Assembly (NCBI GenBank): GCA_973895155.1
Contig: OZ316892.1
Span: 8,229,251 to 8,293,250, forward strand
Direction of reading: 5' to 3'
DNA length: 64,000 bases
Source of the DNA: Marsupella aquatica
Lineage: Eukaryota; Plantae; Marchantiophyta
Shown here one piece after another: positions 1 to 11,573 of the stretch. A program made the translations under genes and the position numbers. The stretch's first letter is position 1. Each line of letters begins with the position of its first letter. The notes beneath the pieces are model-generated. The model was given only the letters and a program-made list of their open reading frames with translations. It did no database searches and was not told where the DNA came from.

Positions 1-806
1 GTAGTCGTCTGCCCAGTTCGTGCCTGCAAATGAGCCACAACTCTTCGCGAGCAGTCCTTACCCCTCTCCTCCTCGGCGTTTCTCTCCCGTTGGTGACCCC
101 TAGCCGCCGGCATTATCGTGCCCTAACCCTAATCGTGTTCTCTCCCCTGGCGTCCTTACTTCCGGCCTCGGCTCGGGTTCCATAGTCACCCTTAATTGTT
201 TATATTTTCTTATTTCTGTAACTATACTAAGGTGTTTCTAGGGTACACTTCCCATTTCCACTTAAACTAGCCGAGTGATTCCTGGCTAGGTATCACAACG
301 GCCGAAAAACAGCTCTCTATTTTTTGGGAATATTCCCGCACAGTCCAACAGGGCTCACAGGGGGCCGTTCCCCCTGTCGGAGCGGTTAAAATGGAGGGTC
401 ACAGGGCCCGGGATGAGGCACAACCAATGAGGAGGAGGAGAGAAAAAAATTCAGAAAAACACACTCTAAAGGGGTCTTAAAGCCCCTGGCAAAGGCACGC
501 GTATTCGTGGCAATGCGCGCATATTTGCAGCCAGAATCGCGTATAAACAACAAAAAATGTGAAAAAATGAGTTTAAAGGGGTCAAAATGCGCGTATTTTT
601 GCATATTTGGGCCGTATATGGGCGTTTTTGGCCGTATTTGGGCCCAAAAAAGCACGTTTTCACGCTTAAAGGGGTGTGGGAGGCCGGTGTGCGCATCGGG
701 GCGTATGGCGAACCTGGTTTGTCGGGTATTGGGGCCATATTGGGGCAAAAAATGCCCTAAACTAAGCTTTAAAATGTGCCCAAAATGACACAAAGGCCGT
801 GTTACA
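1..806 (-). mobile_element. Probable LTR sequence(s) of other retroelement(s) inserted into the Copia internal region
   Basis: The Copia internal sequence stops abruptly at ...ggccgtGTTACA (806), which reads TGTAAC on the minus strand, a typical LTR start. A second LTR-like end (ggtatcACA) lies at ~297. No partner LTR or TSD is in the window. Confidence 0.35.
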
Positions 807-1832
807 AACCTTAGCCGCCTCCGCTTTGGTTTCCAATGAGAAAAGTGATGACCGCCGACATGAAAATGTTTCTGAATTGCACCGGCACGTCTGAAGCTCC
901 ACCAGAGAAAGAACTTATGTTGCGTCGCCTTCACTCCACGTCAAGTGCCAATCCCGGACTCAAAATGACCGTCTCGCCATGATCTCTTTGTTGAGCCTCA
1001 GCACTTCGCATTTCTTCCTCCGAGTCAAGCGTCACGACGAGTAATCCGGTTCAGGGAAAAATAAGCACCATAGCTGTCAAAAAACCAGAACGCCTCCTTC
1101 ACTCGTCACGACGCACTCGTTCCGCAAACATCAGCAAACTAGATACCAAAACGACCAGCTTGCTCTAACCTTCAACTTGAACTATCACATGCGACGCCCC
1201 GCACACCGCACAACTCACACCATTGAAGAAACGATCTATGGTTTCTCCCCCGAAATACCGTCGAACACGAATAAACCCTGAACGACGCAAACTTCAATTC
1301 CTCCGCACCACGGATACCGATCAGCGAGCTCTGACCACCGTTAGAATGCCCTCTCACTAACCTATCCGCTCAGCCACACACAATCAAGTTTCATGCGACG
1401 AAACTCTGAATGTACCATCGACAATGAACGCTGGAAAAACCTATCACGAAAAAACCTTGTCACCTCCCAGGCATGCTCTGATACCACTTGTTGAGCATAG
1501 ACGACATTCGCAACGGCAAGCCCATGAACCATCCAACGCACAATAGTCGACACAGAGAGATACGTGGTTCACCTTCACATGAGGCTACGTCCACGGGAAC
1601 ACACAAGAGCTTTACTGCACTCTAGGCCGATCGACCATACCAAGCATCCACAGCACAAGCTCTCCCTATCTCTCAACTAGCTCCGTAACAATGAGCCTAA
1701 GTTCCACCAGGGTCTGGCATCAGCCCTGGCTATATACACAACAGCACTACCGCTAACATTAGCTAAGTCCTAACCCAAGTTAGCCTAATTGTAGTTCGCT
1801 CATGAGTCACAAGACTAGAGCAAAATCTAACA
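807..1832 (-). mobile_element. 5' part of an LTR retrotransposon, probably Ty1/Copia (5' LTR, PBS, leader), truncated by a nested insertion
   Basis: 344-bp LTR at 1489-1832 (minus strand TGTTAGA...CTCAACA). After a 2-nt gap comes the canonical tRNA-iMet PBS TGGTATCAGAGC (plus strand gctctgatacca, 1475-1486). The same LTR recurs at 6714-7057. Confidence 0.85.
1475..1486 (-). promoter_or_regulatory. Primer binding site (tRNA-iMet)
   Basis: TGGTATCAGAGC on the minus strand, directly 3' of the LTR. Confidence 0.9.
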
Positions 1833-2589
1833 GCTCCCACAATGCCTATGCATTTGTCAAAATCCACCAAAGTAATGGTCACCCTGCATCTTATATATTA
1901 TGTTCCCCTCCTATGTTAGCATAACATCCAAACACCAACCCCCTCTTACCCTCATAAGTTACCATAAACCCTAAATGCCAAAGCCGAGGGTCTTACCCTC
2001 CTAAATTAACATAATCTGACCCTAAACCCTCACCACTTAAGCCCTCCTATGTTCCTGTAAAGAGCAAATGCCAAAACCCCTCTTACCCTCCTAATTGACC
2101 AAAACTTCACATGCCAAATCCCTCTTACCATATGTTAGTACCCAATGCCAAAGCCAAGGTCTCACCCTCCAAAATTTCCAGCAGACCCTTAATTCAAACA
2201 AACCCAAATCATTTATCTCTCCTAAATTGGCCATAATCTCAAACAACAATAGGATACACCATCCTTCATATCCCTCCAACCTTAAAACCCCTCCTACATA
2301 CCTTAGCTTATTAGTCTTATCACTTATATACCCGCTTAAGTATACCCCCCACCTTAATTCAAAATTCAAATTCACACGTGATGGGTGCGAGAAGAACATC
2401 TTCGCAATCTCATGCGGAAACCTTGTTGCAAACAAAATAACTTCGCAAATGGAGGCATTTGTGATGCTTTTTACGAGAGTTTTTGCATCGCAAGTTGAGA
2501 TGCGTAGAGTTTTGCAAACCCTATCTCCATTGACCCTTATGAATCCCGAGCGCGGAACGGCCAGGAGAGTGTATTTTTTCATCAGAAGA

Positions 2590-4669
2590 GCTAAGGAGGT
2601 AGTGCTGGAGGTGATGGAGCTTCTGGTAGCAATGGGGGTAACAGAGGGGGGAGGACCGACTGCAGAAGATGGTGGACGAGCACTTTTCTGTGGCATAATT
2701 GAGCAAACTGGATTTGACCACACCAGCAGGGCTGGGATCATTGAGTGCAATTTTAGGCCAGGCATTGCAATTTGGCATGACTGCAGGGCATGCAGCAAGG
2801 GATGAGGAGGAGAAGAAGGCAGCAGAGCAGAAGTCTATTGAGAAGAAGTGGAAGAGAGATGAGAGGGCGAAGGCCGGCGTCCTCTCCCCTCATGCCCTGG
2901 AAAAGAAGAAAAGGAAGGAAGAGCGAGACCTGATCAGGAAGCAGAGGGAAGAGCTGAGAAAGAAGGAGGAGGCCAGGAAGAAGCTGCCCTGATTACTCTA
3001 GAAGAAGAAGGAATTCCAACAGAGTTGGCTTATCTCAGGGAAAAGAGCACAATCAGGCACATTGTGTCAACCAATTTTGCTCGAGGGGTTGAGTGGGGCA
3101 GTGTTTCGAAGGCAGAGCAGAGGCGAGTCATGAATCAAGTGAAGGATGCATTTCAAAATGGAGGAGAGATTGACTCATAGTGGCTTGCAGACAAAATTGG
3201 CAATTCTATGTCCCAAGCAAGATACCACGATAGGAAGAAGATCAGAGCTCACCTGAGAGACCTGGAGGAGTACAGAAATCTGCAGCGGCCGCTGTAATCC
3301 TTTGAGGATGTCTGGAACACCTTCTACCAGACTGAGGTGAAGCTCAAAGCAGCCAGGCTCCTCAAGGAATTCACTGAGAAGCTGGCAAAGGCCCAGAAGG
3401 CGAGAGGGGCCGGGAAGTCTGACCGTGACCTGAAAACTATGGAGCAAAAGGTGGCTTAACTCCAACAGGTTGTGGCAGATGTCGGTGATCCGCCCAAGAA
3501 ATTCCTCAAGGCAGCTGAGCACATCCAGGAGAAGCCCAACATAACCCACAGGCTCGGTCAAGGTGGCCTCCCCGGCCTCAAGGCAGCATTCGTGAGTGCC
3601 TCCCCCTCCTCCCTTCACTCCTTCCTTCTCCAATTCTTGTTTCAAGACATTTGCAATGGCACCCGATTGTTTCCCTTTTGCTAGTAAGTAGTTACTGTTG
3701 AACCTTACAAGTCGTCTTAGGTTGTGCACACTCGGGTTGGACACAATTTTTGGTAGTAACAGAGTTTGCGAATCTTTTGCGATGCGTGTTGCTTCGCAAC
3801 ATGTTTGCAAACACTATTATTAATATTTGTTGGGGAGAATTTGCGAAGCACTTGCGAAGCAACGCGCATCGCAACCAGCTTTGCAAACCTAATCATGCTA
3901 CTTTTTGCGAAGGTATGGGCTTCGCAAATTCAAAAATGGTCTTTTTTTTAATGTTAAGTTTTGGCCCTTAAGGCCCCAACACCTTGGCCCCCACCATAAC
4001 CCTCCTAAACCCACCCCAACATTTCCTACCCCTTATACATGATTTGAGGTTTAATGTGGCCTAATGCCTTGTTCCTCTTCTTTTTGCGGGTGGTTTTTGC
4101 GGGTGTTGATGATGCATAGTACAAGAAGTACAGGAGGAAGATCACCCCAACAGAAATGGAGGTGGGGCAGAAGCATGGAAAGGAGACTCTATTTCGGCAA
4201 GTTGACGAGTTGTTGGTGAGCCTTTTTACATTTTTGGACCCTTGGCATTCATGATATTGATTATTGTGAAGACATTTTTAAGGTTAAAGGCAAGCCACTA
4301 ATTGGTACCCTTTGGTTTGTGTGGAAGCAGGCACCAGAGGGGGATAGTACCTCTGACAAGGAGGGTGACACTGCTAGTAGCGACGAGGAGGATGTGAGCA
4401 CTGCTCCTGGTAGTCGTGCCGGGCCCACTAGCACTGGAGACCAGTCTTTTGCATCAGCCCGTGGTAGTGGTTCCGGTAGTGCAGCAGCCCAGGAGGAGGA
4501 GGATGGAGATGAGGAGGGGGATGAGGAAGCGGACCAGGAGGATGACCAAGATGAGGAGGAGGAGGTCCCACCGCCCCCTGCGCAAACCCGCAAGGGCAAG
4601 GGCAAGGAGAAAGAGAAGGACAAGGCCAAGGGGAAGAAGGCAAGGAGGGGAAGGAAGTCCCCTTTCTAG
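2590..4669 (+). pseudogene. Decayed CACTA TnpA/Ptta-En/Spm-like ORF fragments
   Basis: Broken frames with a charged helical segment, the motif NITHRLGQGGLPGLK (similar to the HxxGxxG motif of CACTA ORF2 proteins) and an acidic/Lys-rich last exon (4319-4669). Contains in-frame stops. Confidence 0.5.
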
Positions 4670-5079
4670 AGGATTTAGGTGGCAGGTTTTAGTGGTTTAG
4701 ACCCTTAGTTAGGGTTTATATGGTCCAGGCATTTTACATGCCCCTTTGGTAAGGGTTAGCACCTTTACATTTTGTAAATTTTGCACATTTTGATTAATTT
4801 CATATCTATTCCGGATTCCGGGTTCTGCCTTCCATACAAGCCCTATTCCATTCATACCCTAAGCCTGAACCCTAAACTGGAATAACAAACCAAAATTTCA
4901 AAGATTCCCCATTTTTTCGAACCAATTGCGACACTCATCCCTTCGCAACTTCAGAGAATATTTTCATTGCAAAACAAGCGTCCACAGATATGTCGCAAAT
5001 ATTGCAATAGTCAAACCATCGCAAATCTTGAGATTGTTCTTGATTCACAATGAAGCGATTCAATACTAATCGCAAATTT

Positions 5080-5376
5080 CTCGGGGGTTTCACTTCCACA
5101 AAAATGGCACATCACGTGCGACGAAAGATAGGGTCATTTTATTGGTTCGAAGGGAAGACTTAAGAATTTTTGCAGAAGAACAATAGGGTATTTTAAATTC
5201 AATTTTGAGACTTATAAGATCATTAGGGTCTTTCTAACCAAATTTTTAGAATATTCCAAGAATATTCCAACTTTATAGAGGTTGAAAAATTAATTAATTT
5301 TCTTACATTTTAGAGGGTCCGAGGCCTAAAAACGTCGCAGGCGATGGGGAGGCATCCATATAGTGAGACCCCCGAG
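5080..5376 (+). mobile_element. MITE family A copy 1 (15-bp TIR, 8-bp TSD)
   Basis: TIRs CTCGGGGGTTTCACT / AGTGAGACCCCCGAG. TSD GCAAATTT at 5072-5079 and 5377-5384. Near-identical copies at 13282 and 16128. Confidence 0.93.
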
Positions 5377-6713
5377 GCAAATTTAGAAGCCATAAAATAT
5401 CTCAACTTTGTGAGACAAAGTGGCTCGCAAATATGCGAGCAATGTTGCTTCAAAAACACGCCGAGCGTGGTCGCGTCACAACGTAGGCGATGGTGGTATC
5501 GCAATGTTGCGTTTATTTTGCGAAATCAGGAGCTTTGAAAGTTGCAATGTAGTTGCGAAGGTCCGTTTGCGAAGGACTTGGTATGGGAAAGTGCGATGCG
5601 GTTTGGTTCGCAAGTGATGATTTTATTTTATTTGTCCCTTTGTTGTTTGCGATGGATTCCGGTTCACAATAGAGGGCCATAGTGTTGTAGTGAATAGGCC
5701 CCTAGGAACTATTTTTATCTAATAGGGCCCTTCGTAATGAGCCGTATGCACTGTTCTTGTGAGGTGTCAAACTGTGTAGTTGACCACAACAATATTGTAC
5801 ACAATTTGTTTTATGTCCAGCCCACTACGATCCACACCATATATAGTGAAATGTGCTTTGTGATGCCTTGCCAGGATCACGAAGTAATAATTAAGCCTAA
5901 GATAATGGCTAAATAAGGATAGATAGAGGGTATAAGGTAACAATAAAGACCGATGCCAATTTCTACGTGTTAGATGATAAGGGAAAGATCCAACGGTTGA
6001 GATCCGGCGGGATTTGGAGTTATGACCTAATCCAGGTGTCGTATGCTATCAAAAGCAAATATCATCGAATATATGCTAAAAACTCGATGTTCGTTCCCGT
6101 GGAAGAACAAGAATGGGATGAAAAGATGTTTTAAAGTGTTTTGAGTGGTTTAGAGATGGTACTCAACATCTATAAGAAAAATAGAATCTTAAATAAAACA
6201 CAAGGAATTAATAAAATAAGAACAAAGTGACATTTGCTGGATAATAGAATCTTAGAGCTTTTAGAGGTATAGTTTAGCAATATTTAACTCCGTCACCATG
6301 TCTTAAGAAAGAGCTATGGCATTATTTGAGACGTTGATAAGTCAAACATAACCTTGCTATAACTGCTCTCTAGGTTTCCATCATAAATCTATGTTTAAGA
6401 AGTGTCTATGCTCACAAAACCCAAGATAAGCTTCGGATTGTGTGTATAGTAGTGTGTCATTAAAATGCCGGCAACATGTTTCCTTCTTCAGCAATGCGCA
6501 ATTCCAAAGGAAAACTAATGCACATTCAGTATACCACAATGGTACTTCAAATCCGTGAATTAAGAATGTCGCTACTTCTTAATCATATAGATTTCTATTT
6601 CTTGATTTCATGCAATACTTATCTTCCAAAGATAAGTCCTTCATGTAAATACATAAATGGACAACAAATGTTGTAGTTTGGATTAGGCACCGACCAATGG
6701 ATCTTCTAATACA

Positions 6714-7057
6714 TGTTAGATATTGCTCTAGTCTTGTGACTCTTGTGCTAACCATAGTTAGGCTAACTTGGGTTAAGACCTAGCTAAGGTTAGCGGTAGT
6801 GCTGTTGTGCATATAGCCAGGGCTGATGCCAGACCCTGGTGGAACTTAGGCTCATTGGTATGGAGCTAGTTGAGAGATAGGGAGAGCTTGTGCTGTGGAT
6901 GCTTGGTATGGCCGGTCGGCCTAGAGTGCAGTAAAGCTCTTGTGTGTTCCCGTGGACGTAGCCTCATGTGGAGGTGAACCACGTATCTCTCTATGTCAAC
7001 TCTTGTGCGTTGGATGGTTCATGGGCTTGCCGTTACGAATGTCGTCTATGCTCAACA
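6714..7057 (+). mobile_element. Solo LTR (same family as 1489-1832)
   Basis: TGTTAGA...CTCAACA, 344 bp, flanked by a perfect 5-bp TSD ATACA (6709-6713, 7058-7062). No PBS or PPT is adjacent. Confidence 0.95.
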
Positions 7058-7960
7058 ATACATTCCACAAACTGTATTTTTATGGGTTTTACTTCTTACG
7101 GTAATTGCAACATGCATTACCATACGAAGGAGGGGTAGACTCCTAGCACAAGTAATCAAATTCCAAGGTACATGCAAATCTTCCTTGCAAATTTGCATTA
7201 CACGTACAAGGGACAAAACTCCAAGATGAGGAGATGCAAATAACTATCCACACTGTCTCAAAATGAGACTGGTATCACAATAAGTACATGAGATCGCCCA
7301 CGGGCTAAGGAGAATGAAGAGACATGCCTCTTCATTTCCTAAGTCTAAACTAAGTAAAGTAAAAAGTCAACTTTGACTAAGGGATAGTCAAGTCCTCTCC
7401 AACAGAGATAAGTCTCTCTCCCTCCTGGCTCAACTGGTACACCTCAGAAATAACGGCGGTGGTACACACATCAGCTGAACCTCTAGTAGAACTCCGAAAA
7501 GTGCCAGCTCGGGGTGGGCAAAAAAAATCGGCAATGATGGACCCATGCACCATATCCCAAGGAAGAAAAAGTAAGGAACTCAAGCCCATCTCTACCAAGT
7601 TACTAAGGAGTCTAAAGTAAGCCTTAGGACCTGGTGGTAAGGTCACCCTAATGGCCTTACTAATTGGTAAGCTTCTGGTGGCCATAGCTCAGAACATCTG
7701 AGAAGGCTCTAGAGCTCTCCTCCTAAAAATGGTTAAGCATGGAGGCTCAAGAATGAAATCTCAGGGATCTAAGGTAGCTGCGCTACTATGGGAGAAGGAA
7801 TGAACTGAAAAGAGATAGAAATGAAGGAGCTCTAATCAGGTGAAGCTCTCAAAATTGCAATTTCTTCAATTCCAAGAAATCAGAGAGCATCGATGACCCA
7901 ATACTCCTCAACGTCTCATCAATAGCAGTTCAGAATTGGGGTGAACATTCTCTAGGCAGC

Positions 7961-8560
7961 TGCGCTCCTATAGCAATTGAAATGAGCTCGAATGGTGGTC
8001 TATCGAGTGAGCACTAAGGGTCGAAGCTTGCGCCCTATTGCCGGCCGCCATGGACGTCCCTCAAAGAAAATTGGAGAAAAAGGTTTGGGCTGGCGCGGAC
8101 GTCATATTAGGTCATGGCGGGGTGGACATCCCGGACGTCCCTACGTGGAGGCCGTCCAAGACGTCCTCGAGGTTTTTATGCGGGCCGGCGCGGAAGGAGT
8201 TGGCCGTCCTTGGCGAAAAATGGGTGCCGTCCCGACCGTCCTTGTGTAGAAGCCGTCCAAGCCGGCGCCGTCTTTGCCGTCTTCGTGAGGAGGCCGTCCA
8301 GGACAGCGCTGTCCCGGCCGTCCCTACGAGGAGGCCGTCCAGGACGTCATCTCATTTTTGAAGCTCCTTTCAACTTCTTGCCGTCTTGACGCTTAATATG
8401 TAAAAACCAGGGTGGCCTTGACGTCTTCCAATGGTATCCTTACCCATTTGAGCTTATACTAACTTAAATTTGCTTAAAGGGCCTTATAAAAACTTAAAAA
8501 TTTTAAAAATTTATGATTTTAATACTTTAACTCTCTTTTTGGAACAATCACCTAATTACA
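7961..8560 (-). repeat. Gypsy 3' LTR (600 bp)
   Basis: Direct repeat of 14010-14585. TG...CA termini and internal GGACGTCC/GGCCGTCC motif repeats. Confidence 0.9.
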
Positions 8561-8598
8561 TAGGTCTCCCCCCAAACTGCGCCGTGTCCTCACAAGCT

Positions 8599-10269
8599 TT
8601 ATTCCAATGGGGTAAGGTAGAGCTTAACTCTTGCAGCATTGATCCTTGTATCTAGAGGTATCCCGTCCAAAGTAGCTAATGAAACAGATCCATTTTGCCA
8701 AACTTTGATTACTTTGTAAGGGCCTATCCAATGGGTATGGAGTTTACCAGGAAAAAGCATATATCGTGCATGATCATAGATTAAGGCTAAATCTCCATCC
8801 TTCAACTTGTTAGGCTTTAAATTTTTGTCATAAGCCTTCTTTCTTTTCATTTGTTGGAGTAAGGTGTGTTGCAAGGCCAATAACCTATCTTCTTCCAAGG
8901 TTTCCAATTGAGTTAATCTGCATTGCAAACTAGGTTCCTCCTCCATGCGGTCGGAAATGATTGTCCTCTCGGTTAACAACTCCATCTCAATGGGAATTAA
9001 GGCGTCCAATCCATAAGTGAGATAAAATGGTGTTTTAGTGGCCGTGATTTTCTCGGCTGTTCGGTATGCCCATAATGCAGAAGATAGCTTTATATCCCAA
9101 TCTACTTTATGTGCAGAAACCATTTTATTTAAAATCTTGCCCATTAATCCGTTAGCTCTTTCAGTTAGTCCATTTGCCTTGGGGTTATAGGGTGTAGTCT
9201 TTCGATGTTTAATTAAGTACTTTCTAGTAATTAATTCAATGGTATCATTGAGAAAGTGTAGTCCACGATCACTTACAAGTTCGAGTGGGCATCCAAACCT
9301 TGTGATGATGTTTTCAAAAAGAAATGTTGCAGCAGTAGCAGCATCATTTTTTCTAGTTGCTTTAGCTTCGACCCACTTGGTCGCATAATCCGTAGCAAGA
9401 ATGATGTAACGGGTCCTCGAATACCGAGCAGGCGGTGAAATAGGTCCTATGAAGTCAATACCCCATTTTTCAAAAGGTGAAAGAGGTAAGATTGGGACAA
9501 GAGGCCACCTGGAAGTTGCTGTGGGCTTCCCAATTCGCTGGCAAGGATTGCATCTTTTAATGAAGTCAAGAGTATCTCGATGCATAGTTGGCCACCAATA
9601 GCTAGAATCCCAAATCTTCTTAACTGTGGTATTCACTGCATAATGGCCCCCTGAATCTTTAGCATGTAGGGCGGTTATAACTTTCATACTCTCCTTAGGC
9701 TCGAGACATCTCTTCAACTTCTGGTCAGGAGTTAACTTAAAGAGGGTACCTTTAATTAAGGTATAAGATCCAAATTTTTGTAAAAATACAAGTTTCTCTT
9801 CTGCATTTAAGCCTTCTGGCATAACTCCCTCGGTCAACATCTTTACAATGTCATGATAAATGGAGGTCTCTCCTTCTATATGCCATATTTCTTCATCAGG
9901 AAAGGAATCTTCTAAGTTAGCTGTGCTTTCCTTACCAGATAGTCTTGAAAGAAAATCTGCATTTTCATGATGCTTGCCTGGTCTTACGTGGACTTCATAA
10001 TCAAATTCTTGTAGAAGTAAGACCCATCTCGCCACTCTGCCTGATAAATCTGCTTGGTTAACTAAGTACTTCAGAGAATTATGATCTGTGTGGAAAATAA
10101 CCTTATAACCAAGTAAATAATGTCGAAACTTCTTGCAAGCAAAAATAATAGCTAATGCCTCATGTTCAGTTACCGAATAATTCTTTTTAGGAGCACTGAG
10201 TTGTCGACTGGCATAGTAGATTGGGTGATCCCTATCCTTTTCATCTTTCTGACTTAGGTTTGCCCCCAT
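8599..10269 (-). pseudogene. Gypsy RNase H C-terminus + integrase
   Basis: YYASRQL..NYSVTEHEALA (RNase H), H..GGH..C..C zinc finger, FEKWGIDFIGP, LVSDRG, YNPKANGLTER, and GPY motif (KLHTHWIGPY). Confidence 0.95.
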
Positions 10270-11573
10270 GCAAAATGCTCAAGAGTCAATAAATACATGA
10301 AAGGTCTTGGTCCAATCTGGGGGTTGGAGTATGGGAGCTTGTATAAGTCTGGATTTTAACTCTTGGAAAGTAGTCTCTCTCTCTTTGGTCCAAACATACT
10401 CAACATCATGTTTGAGAAGTTTTGTTAAGGACATGGCTATATCAGCATACTTATGGATGAAACGTCGATAGTAACCAACATAGCCAAGGAAGGCCCTAAG
10501 TTTTTTTAAATCCTTTGGGGGTTGTAGTTCAACAATAACCTTGACCTTATCCTTATCCACTTCAATTCCTCTTTGGGAAATCACATGTCCCAAAAGAATC
10601 CATTCTTGCATTCCTATATAGCATTTCTCTGGATGGAGAGACAACTGTGCCTCCCTACATTTTGCAAAAGTTTTCTCTAGGCAATCCAAATGCTCTTTAA
10701 TAGAATTGTAAACGCAAAAGTCATCAATGAAAATTTCTAGGAAATGGCGTAGATATTCTTGAAAAAATTACCATCATAATCCGCTGGAATATTCCCGGAG
10801 CATTGCACAATCCAAATGGCATAACGTTGAAAGCAAAGGTACCCCAATCGGTGGTGAAAGTTGTTTTATCTCTATCTTCTTTACGGATGGAGACTTGATT
10901 ATACCCCGAGTAACCGTCAAGGAAACTATAAAGTTCATGGCGTGCCACTATATCTAGTACCAAGTCAATAAATGGGAGTGGATAATGATCCTTTCAAGTT
11001 GCCGCATTTAGTTTTCTAAAGTCTTGGCACACCCTAATTTTGGGCTTCCCATCAGGACCAGCTTTCTTAGGCACTATGACAATGGGAGATACCCACTCAC
11101 TACTCAAGATAGGATAATTAAATGAAGCCTGCTTCCAGCAATTTGTCTAACTCTGTTTTGACCATTAAAGAATACTTTGGGTTTAGACGATACTGCCTTT
11201 GTCTTACAGGAATAGCTCCATCATTAAGGTCAATGCGATGCTCCCCGAGCCAAGGGTGGATACCCTTAAGATCCTGATGGCTCCATGCAAACACATCCTT
11301 GTATTGCTTTAATAAATCAATGTATTTTTGTCTCATCTCACCTTGGATATGCTTACCAATGTTAATGAATTTTCCGGGTTCAATCTCAATCTTCTGTGCT
11401 TGTCGCGGATCCACCATGCCTTCAGTCATTCTTGCTCCTTTTAACTCCTTGATTTCTTCCTCCGTCGGTGGCAACCTTGGATTCTCACTGTCATTGGTGG
11501 TCACCGACTGCACGAGTCAAAATCTAGAGTCCACCCCCTTCAGTGGGAGTTCGCCCTCCTCATAGATCTCTAT
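10270..11573 (-). pseudogene. Gypsy reverse transcriptase (frameshifted, with stops)
   Basis: DVFAWSHQDLKG, FLDGYSGYNQ, KTTFTTDWGTF, MPFGLCNAP, catalytic EIFIDDF (~10715-10740), LLGHVIS, LRAFLGYVGYYRRFI, split across frames. Confidence 0.93.

Larger units (their letters stand above)
1833..5692 (+). mobile_element. CACTA (En/Spm) DNA transposon remnant, right end
   Basis: Ends ...ggccatagtgttGTAGTG at 5692 (reverse complement CACTACAACACTATGGCC). Dense TTCGCAA/TTGCGAA subterminal-type motifs at 2400-2520, 3770-3930, 4930-5080 and 5430-5650. The left TIR is not seen in the window. Confidence 0.65.

Noticed and set aside
1930-2060. AAACCCTAAA telomere-like words
   Set aside because: These are isolated telobox-like words within TE sequence, not a tandem telomeric array.
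2091-2805. Overlapping ~235-aa ORFs on both strands
   Set aside because: They start at non-ATG or arbitrary codons, span TE subterminal repeats and show no recognisable domain.
4319-4669. Acidic/Lys-rich ORF as an independent host gene
   Set aside because: It lies inside the CACTA remnant and behaves like its terminal exon; low complexity.
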